DNA of 44,957 nucleotides from Minisyncoccota bacterium (GTDB lineage Bacteria; Patescibacteriota; Minisyncoccia; Minisyncoccales; JAZKSW01): NCBI GenBank assembly GCA_036625875.1, contig JAZKSW010000001.1, positions 1 to 44,957 of the forward strand, read 5' to 3'. Shown piece by piece: positions 43,380 to 44,957 of this stretch (position 1 is its first letter; each line of letters starts with the position of its first letter). The notes under the pieces were generated by a model. It saw only the letters and a program-made list of their open reading frames with translations, ran no database searches and was not told where the DNA came from. The position numbers and the translations under genes were made by a program.

Positions 43380-43522
43380 AGTTTAATAATTTAATTAAAA
43401 TATTAAAACCTTGGATACTTATTTTATTGTACTCTCCTGCTATAGTTTTTCAACCAATTTAAAAACCCGAGAGTGCTCTACTCTCGGGTGACATGCTCCG
43501 TTTACCGTACGACGTTCGAACT
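43380..43522 (-). repeat. Terminator-promoter module, copy B (minimal form)
   Basis: 3' box 43489-43522. Hairpin cccgagagt/actctcggg 43466-43488 plus U5. -35 TTGAAA 43448-43453 and -10 TACAAT 43426-43431. The leader is near-identical to copy A. Confidence 0.85.
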
Positions 43523-43571
43523 ATATTAAACCAGTAACCCAAAGCTTACTACTTAAGATGACCTAACACTA

Positions 43572-43844
43572 CTACTTACACTCTCCCCCTATACATCCAC
43601 AATCGCTCGGACAGATAGTTTGACAGTGTCCTATTAAACTAAGAGGAAATATCGGAGAATGAAACCAAGGAGTATCATTTTTATTATAACAACCACAATT
43701 GCAGTCTCCTGCTTTCCCGAAAGCTACACAGTCTTCATCCGTATTGCAATGTTTAGAACCAGTTTGCTGATTAAACCCACTTAACCCTACAAATGCGAAA
43801 AATAATACTAAAAATATTATTAAGACTAGAAGTAATTTATTCAT
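43572..43844 (-). CDS. Small secreted Cys-rich protein
   Basis: 90 aa. Signal/anchor peptide, then 12 Cys (CNTDEDC...CNCGCY...CPSDCGCIGGEC). Confidence 0.6.
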   Translation of the reverse strand: MNKLLLVLIIFLVLFFAFVGLSGFNQQTGSKHCNTDEDCVAFGKAGDCNCGCYNKNDTPWFHSPIFPLSLIGHCQTICPSDCGCIGGECK

Positions 43845-43923
43845 AATTTAGATTAGTTTAAGCCTCTTGTTTTATTATACTCTCTTGCTACAAAACCCTC
43901 AGGCGGAGCTTAAGTTTAAAGGC
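43845..43923 (-). repeat. Terminator-promoter module, copy D (promoter half only)
   Basis: GCAAGAGAGTATAATAAAACAAG matches the -10 block of copies A-C and E (-10 at 43874-43879). No 3' box or terminator. Confidence 0.6.
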
Positions 43924-44409
43924 TTAAGGATTAACTTTTGTTTCCTTTGCTTCTTCCAGTTTCTTCTGGTAAATATCATTACCGGGGGCTAATTCCAGAG
44001 CTTTTTTATAGCTTTTTATTGCTTGGTCTTTAGCAACTGATTTTACCATTTGTGAATCTTTTTTTAAATTAAAGCTCATTACTTTAAAATAAATGTTACC
44101 TTGCCGATACCAAAGTTCTGGATTATCAGGGTCCAGTTTGGTTGCCTTATTCGCAAGAGATGTTGCTTTCTTCAACTTGGAAAGTGACTCTCTATCTTTC
44201 TCTTCTATGCTCTCTAATTCACTAAATTTAGATTCTGCTCTATTCATATAATTTTGAGCCCCCTTACCCCCAAATAATTGAAGGGGGTTTAGAGAAACTT
44301 GTCCTTTAACAGTGAATTGCCAAAAAGAAATTCCTCCAATAACAAGAGAGGTGATTACTAATACAATAAGAAGAGTAATTGGAGTTGATAAACCTTTATT
44401 TGAATGCAT
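43924..44409 (-). CDS. Anchored TPR-like repeat protein with MHSNKGLSTP... N-terminal module
   Basis: 161 aa. WYRQGNIYFKV...AIKSYKKALELAPGN is TPR-like. Confidence 0.65.
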   Translation of the reverse strand: MHSNKGLSTPITLLIVLVITSLVIGGISFWQFTVKGQVSLNPLQLFGGKGAQNYMNRAESKFSELESIEEKDRESLSKLKKATSLANKATKLDPDNPELWYRQGNIYFKVMSFNLKKDSQMVKSVAKDQAIKSYKKALELAPGNDIYQKKLEEAKETKVNP

Positions 44410-44445
44410 TTTAGTATATATTAACGAATGATTATTAATAAATAA

Positions 44446-44877
44446 TTATAAAACAACCACATAAAGAACAAATAATAAAGGAGCTAACAAGCAAGCAATA
44501 ATTACCCATAGCATTATATCCTCTGATGAAGTTGTTTCGCCGTGCTTTCTTAAAAAACGCATAGTGGTTATGCCTTCGACTAAAGAAGTAATTATAAGTA
44601 AAATAATAACTTGAGCGGCTGCCATAGCCTGTCCAAATCCCCCCATGCCAATAAACATCCCACTGTAATTTGGCTCTACCGATAGAACACTAGTAACTAA
44701 AGCAATTCCTATACCTATATTTACTAAAAGTAATCCTCCGTATCCAGCAAGCAATGAAGAGGACGGATCCTCTTTTTGTGTAGACTTAAGTATTCCCCGA
44801 TGTAAATATATTGTAAAAGGAATCGAAGCTAATAAAATAAAGAAACTAATAACTAAGGCCCAAATTAAAATATCCAT
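44446..44877 (-). CDS. Hypothetical 4-TM membrane protein
   Basis: 143-aa hydrophobic ORF, the first gene after module E. Confidence 0.6.
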   Translation of the reverse strand: MDILIWALVISFFILLASIPFTIYLHRGILKSTQKEDPSSSLLAGYGGLLLVNIGIGIALVTSVLSVEPNYSGMFIGMGGFGQAMAAAQVIILLIITSLVEGITTMRFLRKHGETTSSEDIMLWVIIACLLAPLLFVLYVVVL

Positions 44878-44957
44878 AATTTAAATAATATTGCTTACTA
44901 TTACTTTATTATACTCTCCTGTGATAACTCTTCAACCAATCTGAAAACCCGAGAGTG
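44878..44957 (-). repeat. Terminator-promoter module, copy E (cut by the window end)
   Basis: -10 TATAAT at 44908-44913, -35 TTGAAG at 44930-44935, and the 3' arm of the terminator hairpin plus U tract (forward cccgagagtg) at 44948-44957. Confidence 0.8.

Noticed and set aside
38585-44957. Integron gene-cassette array with attC sites
   Set aside because: The gene orientation and small ORFs are superficially similar. However, the repeats carry their own promoter and terminator, lack R''/R' cores (RYYYAAC...GTTRRRY) at their ends, and no integrase is in the window.
1-44957. CRISPR arrays, rRNA/tRNA genes, IS elements, prophage or known defence-system genes
   Set aside because: I scanned all intergenic gaps over 60 bp and found no spaced direct-repeat arrays, cloverleaf candidates, transposase/integrase-like ORFs or recognisable defence signatures. 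This absence is by eye only and should be confirmed with tRNAscan-SE, Infernal, ISEScan and DefenseFinder.

Overview
Gene-dense 44,957-bp window of low GC (mid-30s % by eye) with about 53 protein-coding genes, 50 on the minus strand, many chained by overlapping start/stop codons. I see no rRNA, tRNA, CRISPR array, transposase, integrase or phage structural genes. Content: (i) an Rrf2-cysteine desulfurase-IscU Fe-S assembly operon (1-2099). (ii) A plus-strand island with a small basic secreted protein and a 1025-aa membrane-anchored, extremely Cys-rich modular surface protein with internal DNA repeats and a PKD domain (2238-5861). (iii) TsaC plus a corrinoid-salvage set (DUF4430 B12-binding-like protein, small multi-TM protein, CobO/BtuR adenosyltransferase) next to an AdoCbl-type class II ribonucleotide reductase (5858-10875). 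(iv) A translationally coupled operon of uncharacterised metallocluster proteins (DUF134, two MinD-ferredoxin ATPases, NifX-like protein, CDF-NifX fusion) with a thioredoxin, a stand-alone LigD-type 3'-phosphoesterase and an HD hydrolase embedded, beside an EncFtn-like ferritin with no encapsulin (11022-16389). (v) Housekeeping and envelope genes (GalU, two UvrD-family helicases, UppP, APC permease, Csp, Kef-type antiporter, metzincin). (vi) A Fur/PerR-SOD-hemerythrin-rubrerythrin oxidative-stress cluster (31839-33723). (vii) From 38.6 kb to the window end, an accessory-looking array of small secreted/membrane protein genes separated by a repeated, highly conserved 3'-box + terminator + promoter module that I cannot assign to any known element class; this is my top candidate for something new. 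Gene repertoire, compaction and standard code (TGA used as a stop) fit a small-genome anaerobic Patescibacteria/CPR-type bacterium, but that is inference. All function calls rest on motif recognition in the translations, not on database searches.
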